Source: Cetorhinus maximus (taxonomy: Eukaryota). Taken from it: a stretch of 64,000 nucleotides of DNA. The notes under the pieces are model-generated. The model did no database searches and was not told the DNA's origin. It saw only the letters and a program-made list of their open reading frames with translations. Shown here piece after piece: positions 1 through 13,350 of the stretch (within the stretch, counting starts at the first letter, position 1; the number at the start of each line of letters is the position of its first letter). The stretch lies in NCBI RefSeq assembly GCF_964194155.1, contig NC_135916.1, positions 1,488,001-1,552,000 of the forward strand, in the 5' to 3' direction. A program made the position numbers and the translations under genes.

Positions 1-1223
1 TACCTTCAAAAACAGTTCCTCTGACATGTCCTCCTTCTTCCTTAACCGAGATTTTCCACCCACGGTCGTTGACAGGGCCCTCAACCGTGTCCGGCCGATC
101 TCCCGCGCATCCGCCCTCACGCCTTCTCCTCCCTCCCAGAAACATGATAGGGTCCCCCTTGTCCTCACTTATCACCCCACCAGCCTCCGCATTCAAAGGA
201 TCATCCTCCGCCATTTCCGCCAACTCCAGCATGATGCCACCACCAAACACATCTTCCCTTCACCCCCCTTGACGGCATTCCGTAGGGATCGTTCCCTCCG
301 GGACACCCTGGTCCACTCCTCCATCACCCCCTACTCCTCAACCCCCACTTATGGCACCTCCCCATGCCCACGCAGAAGATGCAACACCTGCCCCTTCACT
401 TCCTCTCTCCTCACCGTCCAAGGGCCCAAACACTCCTTTCAAGTGAAGCAGCATTTCACCTGCATTTCCCCTAACTTAGTCTACTGCATTCGTTGCTCCC
501 AATGCGGTCTCCTCTACATTGGAGAGACCAAACGCAAACTGGCGACCGTTTTGCGGAACACCTGCGGTCTGTCCGCAAGAAAGACCCAAACCTCCCTGTC
601 GCTTGCCATTTTAACACTCCACCCTGTTCTCTTGCCCACATGTCTGTCCTTGGCTTGCTGCATTGTTCCAGTGAAGCCCAACGCAAACTGGAGGAACAGC
701 ACCTCATCTTCCGACTAGGCACTTTACAGCCTTCTGGGCAGAATATTGAATTCAACAACTTTAGATCTTAAACCTCCCTCCCCCCATCCCCACCCCGTTT
801 CTTTTCCCCCCCCCCACCCGCCTTTTTTTCAATAATTTATATAGATTCATCTTTCCCCACCTATTTCCATTATTTTTAAATCTAAAACTAAAACCTTTAG
901 TCTTTCCACCCCACCCCCACTAGAGCTGTACTTTGAATATCCTGTCTTGCATTCTTAATTAGCACTTTTCTCAGACAAAGACCACCACCTTCAACACCTC
1001 TTTGATCCTTTTGTCTGTGACATCTTTTGATTATCTGCTCACACCACACCCTCAATGTGTCTCTTCCCCCCCACCCACCTTAAACCAATTTATATTTCTC
1101 CCTTGTTGAAACTATGCTTCAGTTCTGCTGAAGGGCCATGAGGGCTCGAAACGTTGACTGATTTCTTCTCCGCCGATGCTGCCAGACTTGCTGAGTTTAT
1201 CCAGGTAATTCTGTTTTTATTTT
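1..1223 (+). mobile_element. Penelope-like retroelement, 3' part (frameshifted C-terminal/GIY-YIG region plus 3' tail with hammerhead motif)
   Basis: ORFs 26-718 and 493-771 give PLVLTYHP, CxxxxCxxC, NLVYCIRCSQCGLLYIGET (GIY-YIG) and RFAEH...PVACHF...GTLQPSG.N; frameshift near 540. Homologous copies at 25.6, 37.6 and 58.2 kb. Confidence 0.88.
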
Positions 1224-1224
1224 G

Positions 1225-1648
1225 CAGACTCCCATTTCGATTTAAACCTGATTTACAGCGGCTCCTTCACCCGATCGCTGACATGACCTCTACTTTTAGA
1301 CCGAAATCTAGAAAACAACAAAGAAATTGTCTTGAAATCTCACTTTGGGGTTAAGCTGGGGAGCAGGGGGTGTATTCCTTTGGAAAATATTTTCATTTTA
1401 CCCAAGCGGGGCTCGGAAATTTCCTGATCAGAACGGACACACAAACACAGTTTCATTCCTCTGACTCGCCCGCCCACTTCAAACACTCTCTTACTCCATG
1501 TTCACATTTAAAGGTTCATTGGCAACAAGATGAACAATTGTGAATGTCTCGGTAGAGATTTCCTTCTCTTTTCGAACTTTGCTCCGGTTTCTATTTATTT
1601 GCTGTCGATTGTGAATTCAGCTAACTTTAAACACTCTGAGGCATTGGA
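1225..1648 (-). repeat. Inverted copy of the H1 distal upstream region
   Basis: Reverse complement of about 39670-40095 (also 22520-22950), e.g. ggctccttcacccgatcgctgacatgacctctacttttagaccg. Confidence 0.85.
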
Positions 1649-1735
1649 AGAAGGGAAAGATCCCGAGCAAATTGTAAACCTCTAAACCCAAAGGTTCTTC
1701 TCAGAGCCACCCACATTTCACATGAAAGAATTGAT
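1649..1735 (+). pseudogene. Orphan H1 3'UTR with stem-loop (1693-1708), no CDS
   Basis: agaagggaaagatcccgagcaaattgtaaacctctaaacccaaaGGTTCTTCTCAGAGCC matches the 3'UTR of the H1 genes at 23893, 41037 and 56408. Confidence 0.85.
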
Positions 1736-2410
1736 GCCCTGATTATTTGATCCGTGTCTCGGAGCTGGGAGCTGATTTCAGATGGAAATGTTTCGTTTTC
1801 CTCCCACGTAAATCCTATTTTCCCGCTGACTCACTGACACACTCTCCACCCGTCCCCTCCCGCACTGTGCAATAAAACACAGGGATATCCGTACAGCTCC
1901 CTAACCGGGATGTGTCCCAGTGCATTCAAAGTTTATCATTTCTTTATTCACATTTTCAGGGTGAGAGTCTGCAATGGAGTAAAACCCCGCCTCACAACTA
2001 ATACCCATATCAGTATATTTTATCTTATTTTGTTGGATGAGGTGTCAGCGAATTTCTCAATCCCTTTTGGCGGTGTGGAGGGAAGGGTGAGGCGTGAGTT
2101 TAGAGATGTGTGAGTATAGAATTTTACAAGGATTGAAATAGAAGCAGGCATCTGACTCTTTATAGAAAGTGTAGTATTGAGGGGGGAATATTGCTGACAG
2201 TATTGATTTTAATACGATTTTCTAAATAGCTGGTTTATGATGTTGGCGTGTTTAAGTTACTTTAAAAGCTTTCTGTTCAGCTCTCTTCAAAATTTGATAA
2301 ATAAATGCGTTTCTTGCAGGCAGGAGGAGGAGCTGGTTTACCAAAGACGTTAGTTGTGTCTGTCACTCGGTCTCTCCCGCCCCGCCTCTCTCTCTCTCTG
2401 CCTTCCTCAG

Positions 2411-2436
2411 TCAGGTCGGGGCGGGCTGTATAAAAG
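2411..2436 (+). promoter_or_regulatory. H4 core promoter (site II-like TCAGGTC, GC box, TATAAAA)
   Basis: tcaggtcggggcgggctgtataaaag, conserved in front of all four H4 genes. Confidence 0.7.
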
Positions 2437-2482
2437 CGGAACGTGAAGCAGCTCCCCTCTCATTCAGCAGCGATTTGACTGA

Positions 2483-2803
<321 letters not shown>

Positions 2804-2836
2804 ACAAATCGACCCGACTCTATAACAAAACCCAAA

Positions 2837-2852
2837 GGCTCTTCTAAGAGCC
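2837..2852 (+). terminator. Histone 3' stem-loop (H4)
   Basis: GGCTCTTCTAAGAGCC followed by purine-rich tgagagcag. Confidence 0.93.
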
Positions 2853-3924
2853 GCCCACAACCTCACATTGAGAGCAGTGACCTTCGAGCGGGAGAGGGAA
2901 AGCGAGATGTAGTTTTATAAACACACAGCGTTTCTATCTGCGCATTTACCATTAACAATATGATCGTGAGTCACACAAGTTTCATGGTTTAATTTAGTTC
3001 GGTTTTCAGGAATTCGCTTCCTTTATACCTGCCGAATCTCGATTCAAAGCTTGACTGAGGAACACGACAGCTCCCAAACTAACACCGAGTTCACAAGATA
3101 AAGGCCATCATTTATTACACTTTGATCAGGAGTAACTATTTTGGGATCCATCATTCTCGCTTGTTCGCACTGTTTACACCCTGTCTTTTTTCTTCGCCAT
3201 CTGTTCCTGGGTCGTTGAGACAGGACAGGGTCTGGGAGGTACCAGAATACGAGCTTTAAATGGATCAGCCTGTATCGATGCAGCATGTTGTCTGGGTCCA
3301 GGAAGCACTGAACAGATTTATTCTGGCCTGTATCAGGGCGATCAATGAAATAACCCAAATTTAAGCGGGAATGTAAGGCGAATATTGAGAGGCTGATAGA
3401 AAAATATGACGACACTTAATCACCTCGATTCTGCAACCCAGGACGGACGGAAGGGTGAAGTGGAAGCTCTGATTTTGGTGCATGGTTTGCACTGCGAAGA
3501 TGCATTTACGCACATTGTGGAAGATAGTTCAAATATATAAACTTCGAGATAAACTTGATTTACAGAAAGGGTGCGCAATCCGCCCACCCACATCGCCTCC
3601 CCCAGCCATAAAACACTAGAAACAAGAGCCAAGCCATTCTCTCTATAACACCTATAGGGCTTTGACATGAATAAACCGATAACGTTGATCAGGTTTATAC
3701 GGGAGTCCAAAATTCCGTCCATCAATAGAAGTTTTAAACCAGCCTGCTGTAAACCGATCAGGGAATGAATGAGAATTTAGTCCGTGTTCGAAAGCAGGAA
3801 GTCGGAGCTGGGACCAAAATGGGGCTCGAAAACATAGAGACCTTGTGATATTTGTCCATTCAGATTGATTTTATCTGCCTTCAAACTAGGTTTATTTTAA
3901 TTTCAGTTACTCGTTCCTCTGAAA

Positions 3925-4078
3925 TTGGCGGGCATTTTGAAATTGATGAACTGTCAGTTGCTGCTCCACCAATCAGGGCCCAGGAATCCAAGCAGCCCGC
4001 TGCTCTTTTCAAATTTCTGGGCGGGATTGCGCTGCATCCAATCAGGACAGGAGGGAGGTGACGGACATGTCTTAAATA
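3925..4078 (+). promoter_or_regulatory. H3 promoter (E2F-like TTGGCGGG, two CCAAT boxes, TTAAATA)
   Basis: Motifs conserved before all four H3 genes. Confidence 0.65.
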
Positions 4079-4079
4079 G

Positions 4080-4547
<468 letters not shown>

Positions 4548-4579
4548 AAACCCGACCCCCCAGCACCAAGTGCAACAAA

Positions 4580-4595
4580 GGCTCTTTTAAGAGCC
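4580..4595 (+). terminator. Histone 3' stem-loop (H3)
   Basis: GGCTCTTTTAAGAGCC then aaagagctg downstream element. Confidence 0.93.
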
Positions 4596-5033
4596 ACAAA
4601 GTCGGTCAGAGAAAGAGCTGCGATCAATTGTTAAAAGACGCCACCTCTTCTGCATATAATTTTCATTAGGGCTAAAACCCGGATTCAGCTCCCAATGCAA
4701 CAATTCAGCTCTGAAATATTTCATCCGGTTCCTCCCCTCTGCTGCATTTGGCGGATTTGAGGTGATTCCGTGAACAATTGTGTGTAATTTCACATTTAAT
4801 TGGAATTGGGATCAGTTAATTATTCAAAGAACATTTTCCTGAACATTGTCAATTGGTCATATATAGATGCAGCACAGACTCCTGGTGTCTGGTACAGGCA
4901 ACAGCACCAGCGTCTCGTTGTAAGCAGCGCTTTCATAGATCGCATTAGAAATATAATGTCACTCCGAATCGATAGGGATGTTATCGCGCATCCGGATAGA
5001 CAACAGGTCGCCCCTTTCACTGATTAAGTGAGT

Positions 5034-5049
5034 GGCTCTGAAAAGAGCC
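5034..5049 (-). terminator. Histone 3' stem-loop (H2A)
   Basis: Minus strand GGCTCTTTTCAGAGCC. Confidence 0.93.
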
Positions 5050-5079
5050 TTTGGGTTCTCAGTTTAAAGAATGGTCGCT

Positions 5080-5523
<444 letters not shown>

Positions 5524-5529
5524 TCAGTT

Positions 5530-5712
5530 CTCTTATACCCTCAGGAGGAATGGTGGTGCGCTCAGAGCTGATTGGTCAATTATATTATAGCTCATAATAT
5601 TCTTCATGTTACCAATCAGATTTCTGCCTGACTCACCAATGCGAGCAAGCAACGTATGAAGTCGGAAGTTAAGGGCGCCAAATCATCTGTTGAACAAACG
5701 ATTATATATTTC
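5530..5712 (-). promoter_or_regulatory. H2A promoter (TATAAG, three CCAAT boxes, GGCGCCAAA)
   Basis: cttatac, gattgg, two ccaat and gcgccaaat; conserved at 29270-29450, 43985-44165 and 60975-61160. Confidence 0.65.
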
Positions 5713-6084
5713 AAACTGGAAAAGACCGACAAAAAATTAATCAAAGGAAATATCGCACAGAAATCGTCTTAGCTATCAAAGGAAAATTCCTATACAAATC
5801 GTGCCAATGCTTAACATTAAAGCAGTTCTGTTACAGAATGTTATAAGATTTCTCGCTCTCTTTTCCTCGATAACATTTTACCTGAAACTGTCAGTTTCTG
5901 GTTTTGCCTGTGGACAAGAGGACAATAAAGGCGCCAATTTACCAGAATCAAAACTTTTGTTTTTTACATGTTCGTGAGTGTCAAAAGCGGAGTGCACATT
6001 TTTTGGCGTAAATTTGCCAGTATTGACACTGAGGCTTCCTACACCGCCAGGACTTATACGGAATGATTTAATCAAATCAGCTTT

Positions 6085-6738
6085 TATAATGCTGGGGAGG
6101 GATAGCATCTTTGAGGGGGTCAAAGATAGACTCTGCTTGATTACATTTATGCAACACGGCAGGGTCTATTCTGAAGCAGCAAGCATACATTGTATTCACA
6201 GTTTTGGTCCCCTCGCTTGAGGAAGGATGTAGTTGCACTGGAGGCGGTTCGGGGGAGGTTCACTAGATTGATTCCAGAGATGCGAGGCTAGTCTAACGAG
6301 GAGAGGTTGAGCAGTTTAGGCCTATAGTCGCCCGAGTTTGGAAGGATGAGAGGAGATCTAATTGAGGTACATAAGATGCTAAATGGGATAGACAAAGTTG
6401 ACATAGAGCGAATGTTTTCCCTCGTGGGGCATTCTAGAACGAAAGGCCATAGTTTTAGGCTAAGAGGTGGTAGATTTTAATCAGAGATTAGGAGGAATTC
6501 CTGTTCTCAAAGGGTCATGAACCTGTGGAATTCACTACCTCAGAACGCAATGGATGCCTGCATGCTGAATAAATTTGAGGATGAGGTGGACAGATTTTTA
6601 ATTAGTAACGGGTTGAAAGGTTATGGGGAGAGGGAGGGAAATTTTCGTTGAGGCCAAAATGAGATCTTAAAGAATGGCAGGGCAGGATCGAGGGGTTTAA
6701 TTGCCTACTCCTGCTCCTTGTTCTTATGTGTTTTATGT
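6085..6738 (+). mobile_element. CR1-family LINE 3' fragment
   Basis: Degenerate CR1 ORF2 C-terminus DNA (aggatgagaggagatctaattgaggtacataagat; ctgtggaattcactacc) and 3' end cctactcctgctcc. Confidence 0.8.
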
Positions 6739-7149
6739 ATTCCAGACAAAAAATAAAAATAACAATTCTCTGCAGGCTATGTGATTCTGGGGTTAAGCCT
6801 ACCAATCATTATCTGGTATTTAAATGTAGCTTTCATTCACTAACACTCTATGGTCAATAATAGAGTTTTTCTTCCTAAATTTAAATCCGAAATGTGTTTC
6901 TGTTTTTGTTTTTATCTCTGCAAAATTCAGTTTTAAGTCAGTGTGGATTTTACCTGGTGCATGTCAGTCCCTGGACATTATTTTATATTTCAGTCGACAT
7001 ATGTTACTACAAATATCAGAGTATGTTTCTATTGTCATTTTATTTCCCACATTATCTGTCCAATCCTGCTATGGGTGTATGGAATACCTGCCTCTTCATG
7101 ATATATAAATGTGAACTTTAATCTGTAATGGCAATTATTCCAAAACACA

Positions 7150-8095
7150 TTAGGGAAAAAACAAGGAATGTCAGACCAATTGTCTATTATTTCATAACAG
7201 GACACTTAGACAATATCAACGAAATTGGACAAAGACAGCATGCATTTATGAAAGGAAATCATGTTGGATAAATCTATTGGAGCTTTTTTGGAGAGGTAAC
7301 TAGCAAAATAGACAAGGGAGAACCAAATGATATGGTGCATTTGGATTTTCAGAAAGCTGTTGATAAAGCCCCACAAAAGACGTTAGTGTACTACATTGAA
7401 GTGCATTGGATGGGAGTAATAATATATGGGCATGGATTGAGAAAAGATTAGCAAACAGGAAACAGAGAACAGGAATAAATCAGTCTTTTTGAGATTGGCA
7501 GGAGGTGACAAGTGATGTTGCAAAGAGATCAGTGCCTGGGCCCCAGTATTCAGAATATACAACAATTATTTTGATGATGGAACCAAAGGTAATATTTCTA
7601 AGATTGCTGATGACACAAAGCTAGGAGGGAATGTGAGAGATGAGGAGGAAACTAAGAGTGTTCATGGAGATTGAGAGAAGATGCGAGAGTGGACAAAAAC
7701 AGGGCAGATGCTGTATAACGTGGATAGATGTGAATTTATCCACTTTGGCTGGTAAAAAAAGAATGGCAGAGTTTATTTAAATAGTGATAGGTTGGGTAAT
7801 TTTGATATATGAGGGTACCTCCGTGCAGCAAATGATCACCAGGCTGATTCAAGGGCTGGCAGGTTTGTTGCATGAGTAGAGATTGAACAGTTTCGGTCTG
7901 TATTCACTCAAATTTTGTAGAATGAAAGGGGGATGTATTTGAAATACTGACAGGGCTGGACAGACCTGGTGCAGGGATGATGTTTTATTCTGAGTGCGAA
8001 GCCTAGAACAAGTGTTCATAATCTCAGGATAGGGGGTAGGCCATTTAGGACTGTGATGAGCAGAAACCTCTTCACTCGGAGGGTGGTGAACATGT
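7150..8095 (+). mobile_element. Degenerate CR1 LINE RT fragment
   Basis: ttggattttcagaaagct (LDFQKA), gctgatgacacaaagcta (ADDTKL); paralogous to 30320-31295. Confidence 0.75.
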
Positions 8096-10406
8096 GATCA
8101 AGCTGCATTCATTTTGTTACCTCCAGTATCTTGTATTATATGTGAATGAATATATTTTCCCCTCTCTGTATCACTCAGTATCTGTGATTTTTGCATGAGT
8201 TGGATTAACTCTATATCTAATATGTTATGCTATCCACAAAAGTGGGATTTCATTTGAATGTCTCAACATCTGGAATTAGATGTGAAGTTCAAGTTGTTAT
8301 TCATATAGTCAATCAGTTTCTGTGATTCTGTATGTGACTGCGACTCAGTACTTGTCAGGTCTTGGTAAATGATTGCTAGTGTTAGCCTGTCGATTTGATT
8401 AATGCATTGAAGAAATAGATTTCACAAACATGCAAGGGATAAAAGTTAGGTAAAGACAAAATCTACACATGTACAATAATGGATTCATATACACAGAGCA
8501 CAAATTTGAGATACACAATCAGTGCAATAATTGAGATTTATGGAATTAATTCCAACACAGCTGACGGTCAGGAGGTAGACAATTAAATTTCATGTAAATT
8601 AATTCCAAAACTACATTCTGTACCAGAGAAAGACAAATGGGAAATTAGCCCTGCCCACTCCCACACAAACACGCACACAACCGCAGAATCATGCACTAAC
8701 ACAAACAGACACACATGCAAAGCATGTAGTTTTATAAAAACACAGCGGTTCCATCTGCGCATTCAACATTCACAAAACTATCGTGAGTCACACAAGTTTT
8801 CATGGTTTAATTTAGTTCGGTTTTCAGGAATTCACTTCCTTTCTACCTCTCGATGTTCGACTCCAAGCTTAGCTGACAGCTCCCAAACTAATACCGAGGT
8901 CACAAGATAAAGGCCATCATTTATTATAATATGATCAGGAGGAGCTATTTTGAGACGCATTATTCTCGCTTCTTCGCAATATTTTCACCCTGTCTTTTTT
9001 ACATTACAAACTGAATCAAACAGATATGACATACATAACATGAGTTCCTGAGTCTCATTCACAAAGACTTTGCCGGAGTTGCAGACTGAAGGCTACACCT
9101 TAGTTCACACAAAACCAATGAATGAAACCTGTCTTTGATAAAAACAAAGTTTCATGTTTAAATGTGCATCAGAGCCGGGAAACAGTAATAGATTAATTTC
9201 TGGCAGAAAATCGTCGTTAAAGTTAACCCAGTCAGTTCCAAACGATTAAAAGATAGGCCTCCCTTATTGTACTATATCATATTTAATTGCAAGTACCACA
9301 CTCGCTTTTAAAATCAGGAATCCATTCGTGTTTAAACTCGGACCTTTTTGCAGTCCTAACAGCCGGCGGAATTTCACGTTTACCGAGTGCTGCGGTTAAG
9401 CAATATCGGCCTGGATGTACAAGTGTGATATTATTATAAAAATAATAAAATTAGATTATAATATTGTATCCAGATTGCAGGTTATTAATTCACTCCAATT
9501 TGAAGTGGTTCCGAATGAGTATTTATCTTGTTGCACGACTCGTGTTCGGTCTGCAGATGGAGCCAGGTAACAATAACTTGCACCTTATCGTTTCTGAACA
9601 CATGTCGAGAAGCAACGGGCCTAATGCTGCTCTTGGAACTTGCCTAGCTAGCCCCCCGCCCCCCGTTAAAGAGGCAATGGCAGTGGCCAACTAATCGCCC
9701 TCCATACTGATCGGAACAAGCTGTTATATTCTGCACTTGCTGTTTTCTGCAATGGAATAGTGACTTTAGCTCTGAACCTCTCCGTCACTGCAACTGATTT
9801 ATGCATTTTATTCTATAGCTGTCAGGGCCTGGACGTGACTGAGAGGTGGACTTTGCTTCTGCTGCCATCAGCTTTTGACAAGCTGCAAACATGTCAGATT
9901 CATTCCGTGTGTATCAGTCTCTGGTGCTACAGACGAAAGGTGTTACCCTTCAGCACCTGTCAGTTTGTGGTACTGTGTATGACTGCAGGATTAATACACT
10001 AAATGTCATTTTTGTCAACCTTGCGGTGTAGAATTCATTTCGTTTCACAATGTTTGTTTAGGATTGGGAAATTGTGTATTTCATTATGTCCTCTCGCTAT
10101 CCGTGTACTGTGATCGAGTTAATTTTGCACTAAGCAGTACTCTTGTATTATAGGTGGATTTAATTGTACCTCTGTGTATCGCTAAGTATCTCTTATGTAC
10201 TCAAGAGTAGGATTAATTCTATGCCCTGGTGCAATCAGTGAGAGTGAATTCCATCTGAATCTGTCAATATCTGGAACTAAATGTGAGGTTCAAAGAGATA
10301 CTGATTGATTCAACAACTTTGAGTGGGAGTTGTTTTGTGTTCGTCAATCTGTGGCATGTTATGTGACTGTGGGTTTCCTCTGTGTCTTTTTGACTGTTTT
10401 TCCTTT

Positions 10407-10587
10407 NNNNNNNNNNNNNNNNNNNNNNNNNNNNNNNNNNNNNNNNNNNNNNNNNNNNNNNNNNNNNNNNNNNNNNNNNNNNNNNNNNNNNNNNNNNNNN
10501 NNNNNNNNNNNNNNNNNNNNNNNNNNNNNNNNNNNNNNNNNNNNNNNNNNNNNNNNNNNNNNNNNNNNNNNNNNNNNNNNNNNNNNN
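10407..10587. other. Assembly gap (N run)
   Basis: N run; the paralogous position (about 62650-62800) is a TG-rich microsatellite. Confidence 0.99.
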
Positions 10588-12164
10588 GGTACTCTGTTTG
10601 TGATTGGATTAATGCTTTGTTTGTTCTGGGTATGCCTGTGTTTATATGTTTGTGTGCGTGTGTTTGTGTAAGTATGCAATAGATCTTGTGCGCATGTGTG
10701 TTTATGTTTGTGTGTGAGTTTGCTTTGCATGTGTGTCTGTGAGTGTTAGTGCATGAGTCTGCGAGTGTGTGAGTGTTTGTGTGGGAGTGTGCACGAATCA
10801 TTTCCCATTTGTCTTCGTCTAGTACAGGATGTAGTTTTGGAATTAATTTACATGAAATTTAATTGTCAATCCTGTGATCGTCACCTATTGTGGAATTAAT
10901 TCCCTATATCTCAATGATTGTACCGATCGTGTATCTCAAATTTGTGCTCTGTGTATATTTTTCCTTTATTGTACATGTGTAGGTTCCTCCTGTACCCAAT
11001 ATGGATCCCATGCATGTGTGTGAAAACTATTTCTTCAATTCCTTAATCTGTTACTGTTTCCCGGCTCTGTTGCAGATTTAGACATGAAACTTTGCATTTA
11101 TCAAAGACCGGTTTTATTCATTTGTTTTGTTTGAACTAAGGTATAGCATTCAGGCTGCAACTCGGCAAAAACCTTTGTGAATGATAATGAGACCCTTGAA
11201 ATTACATGCTTTGTATGTCATATCTGATTGATTCGGTTTGTAACGATTTTACGTTATGAATCATAGTGAGCATATTGACCTGGAACGTGTTGTGTATTCA
11301 GGCTGTACTAATTAAAATTACACTTTCTCCTTATTTCAGATATGGCATGAGATCTTTTGAGGGGAATTTAACGTGCCCCCAGACTCTTGGTCTTTGGTAC
11401 GGGCTGTTATGTTTTAATTATCAACTTACATATTTTGATGCATTTTCACATGTGATTTTACTGTAGTTATCAACACCTGATCTCCCTGTACCCAATCTCT
11501 GCCTATTTTGAAAAGTCGGTATTGAAAAAAATCATTTTATTCTGCACCTCTCCATCTCTGGTATGTGTCTGTGGCTTTTTAATGTGGGTGTCTGCCCCTG
11601 TTACCAGAATCCAGCTTTCTTCTGTGTCTGTCAGTGCCCCCTATGAGAGTGGTGATACGTTATTGACTGTACTTGTCAATATCGGCTTTATGAGTGCGGC
11701 AGCGCCCCGAAGCCGAATTTCACACTGGGAATACATCAACGATCGTCCTGATTTATCTCTTTTTATTCGTTAGCAGCGGCCTCCTTCTGTGCAGAGATTA
11801 GTTCTCTGATTTGCATGGACAGGATGGTCAATAACCATCCAGTGCAACAGGCAGTTATCAAACTATGGTCAACTGCTTGTAATGCAGGTATGTTAATACC
11901 TGTCTGACCATCAGACTCTATCCTACGCTACACCATCTGCATGTAGGAACACATTACACTATAGAGTTTTGGAGTTTTGAATTTGATTTTGTCACTTCCC
12001 TGTTACATCATCTAATTTAAATTGCTTCTGCTGCGTACGTATGTTGTTGCACGGCTCATCTTCTGTCAGGAGGTGGCAGCAGTTCACTATAACTTGGATC
12101 TGGCCCTTTCTGATTAAACATCTAGAAAACAAGATCATGGCTGATTTCTTTGTGTTTCAGTCCC

Positions 12165-12555
12165 CATATTATCATCTACCCCCATAACCTTTGATTCCCT
12201 TGCCTATTAAAAATCTATCTACCTCTGCCTTAAAAGTTCTCAATGACCCTGCCTCCACTACCTTCTGAGGCAGAGATTTCCAAAGTCACACAGCCCTCTG
12301 AGAGAGAAAAAAATATCCTCACCCATGTCCAAAGAGGGCGATATCTAATTTAAAAACAGAGCCCCCTATTTGTGGAAACATCCTCTTGGTGTCCACAATT
12401 TCAAGGCCATTTAGGATCTTGTATACATCAATCAATCACCCCTCACTCTACTGAGACCCAGTGGAAACAAGCACAGTCTGTCCAACCTTTTCTTATAAGA
12501 CATCACACTCATTCCAGGTATCTATCTAGTAAATCTCCTCTGAACCACCTCCAAT
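12165..12555 (-). mobile_element. CR1 LINE 3' fragment
   Basis: Reverse-strand CR1 3' sequence (ccccataacctttgattccctt...tcaatgaccctgcctccac). Confidence 0.65.
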
Positions 12556-12559
12556 TAGT

Positions 12560-13350
12560 GTGAAGTTATCCACATCAGTTGAAAAGACAGCATGGGAGAG
12601 TGTTATTTAAATGGTGATAGACTGGGAAAGGTTGAAGTAAAAAGTGAGCTGGGTACCCATGCACAACAATCACTGAGAGCAAGCATGCAGGTGCAGGTAG
12701 CACTTAAGAAGGCAAATGATATGTTGGCCTTCATCATGACATGGTTGATTGCAGGAGCAAGGATGTCTAACTGCAGCTATACAGGGCCTTGGCAAGACCA
12801 CTCCTGGAGTATTGTGTGCAGCTTTGGTCTCCTTGCCTAAGGGAGGATATATTTATCATAAGAGGAGTGCAGCGAACGTTCACCAGAGTGATTCCTGGGA
12901 TGGCAGGATTGTCCTCTGAGGAGAGTTTGGGTCGAGTAGGCCTGTTTTCACTGGAGTTTAAAAGGATGAGTGGGGGTCTCAATGAAAGGTGTAACATTCT
13001 GACAGGGCTGGACAGATTGGGTGCAGGGATGATGATTCCTCTGGCTGGGGCTCTAGAACAAGGGGTCACAATCTCAGGATGCAGGGTAGATGGTTTAGGA
13101 AAGAGATGAGGAGAAACTTCTTCAATCAGAGGGTGGTAAACCTGTGCAATTCTCTATGATAGAAGAGTGTGAAAGGCAAGTCACTGAATATATTTAAGAG
13201 CGAAATGGATTGATTTCAAGACTCCAAATGGACAAGGCTATGATGCCAGTGTGGTTGGATGGTGTTGAGATATAGGGTCAGCCATGATTGAATTGAATGG
13301 CAGAGCAGGCTCAACAGGGCAAATGACCTACTCCTGCTCCTATTTTCTCT
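12560..13350 (+). mobile_element. CR1 LINE 3' fragment
   Basis: ORF 12789-13109 RPLLEYCVQLWSP...VQRTFTRVIPGM...LFSLE; 3' end cctactcctgctcctat. Confidence 0.85.

Noticed and set aside
4672-4700. aaacccggattcagctcccaatgca resembling a tRNA-Gly 3' end
   Set aside because: No canonical T-loop and no 5' half; cannot fold a cloverleaf.
10310-10801. His/Thr- and Cys/Val-rich ORFs (also at 14.4-14.8, 48.3 and 62.6 kb)
   Set aside because: Translations of TG microsatellites and of the N gap.
11808-11815. Octamer ATTTGCAT as a possible H2B or snRNA promoter
   Set aside because: Isolated, 6 kb from H2A, with no H2B or recognisable snRNA nearby.
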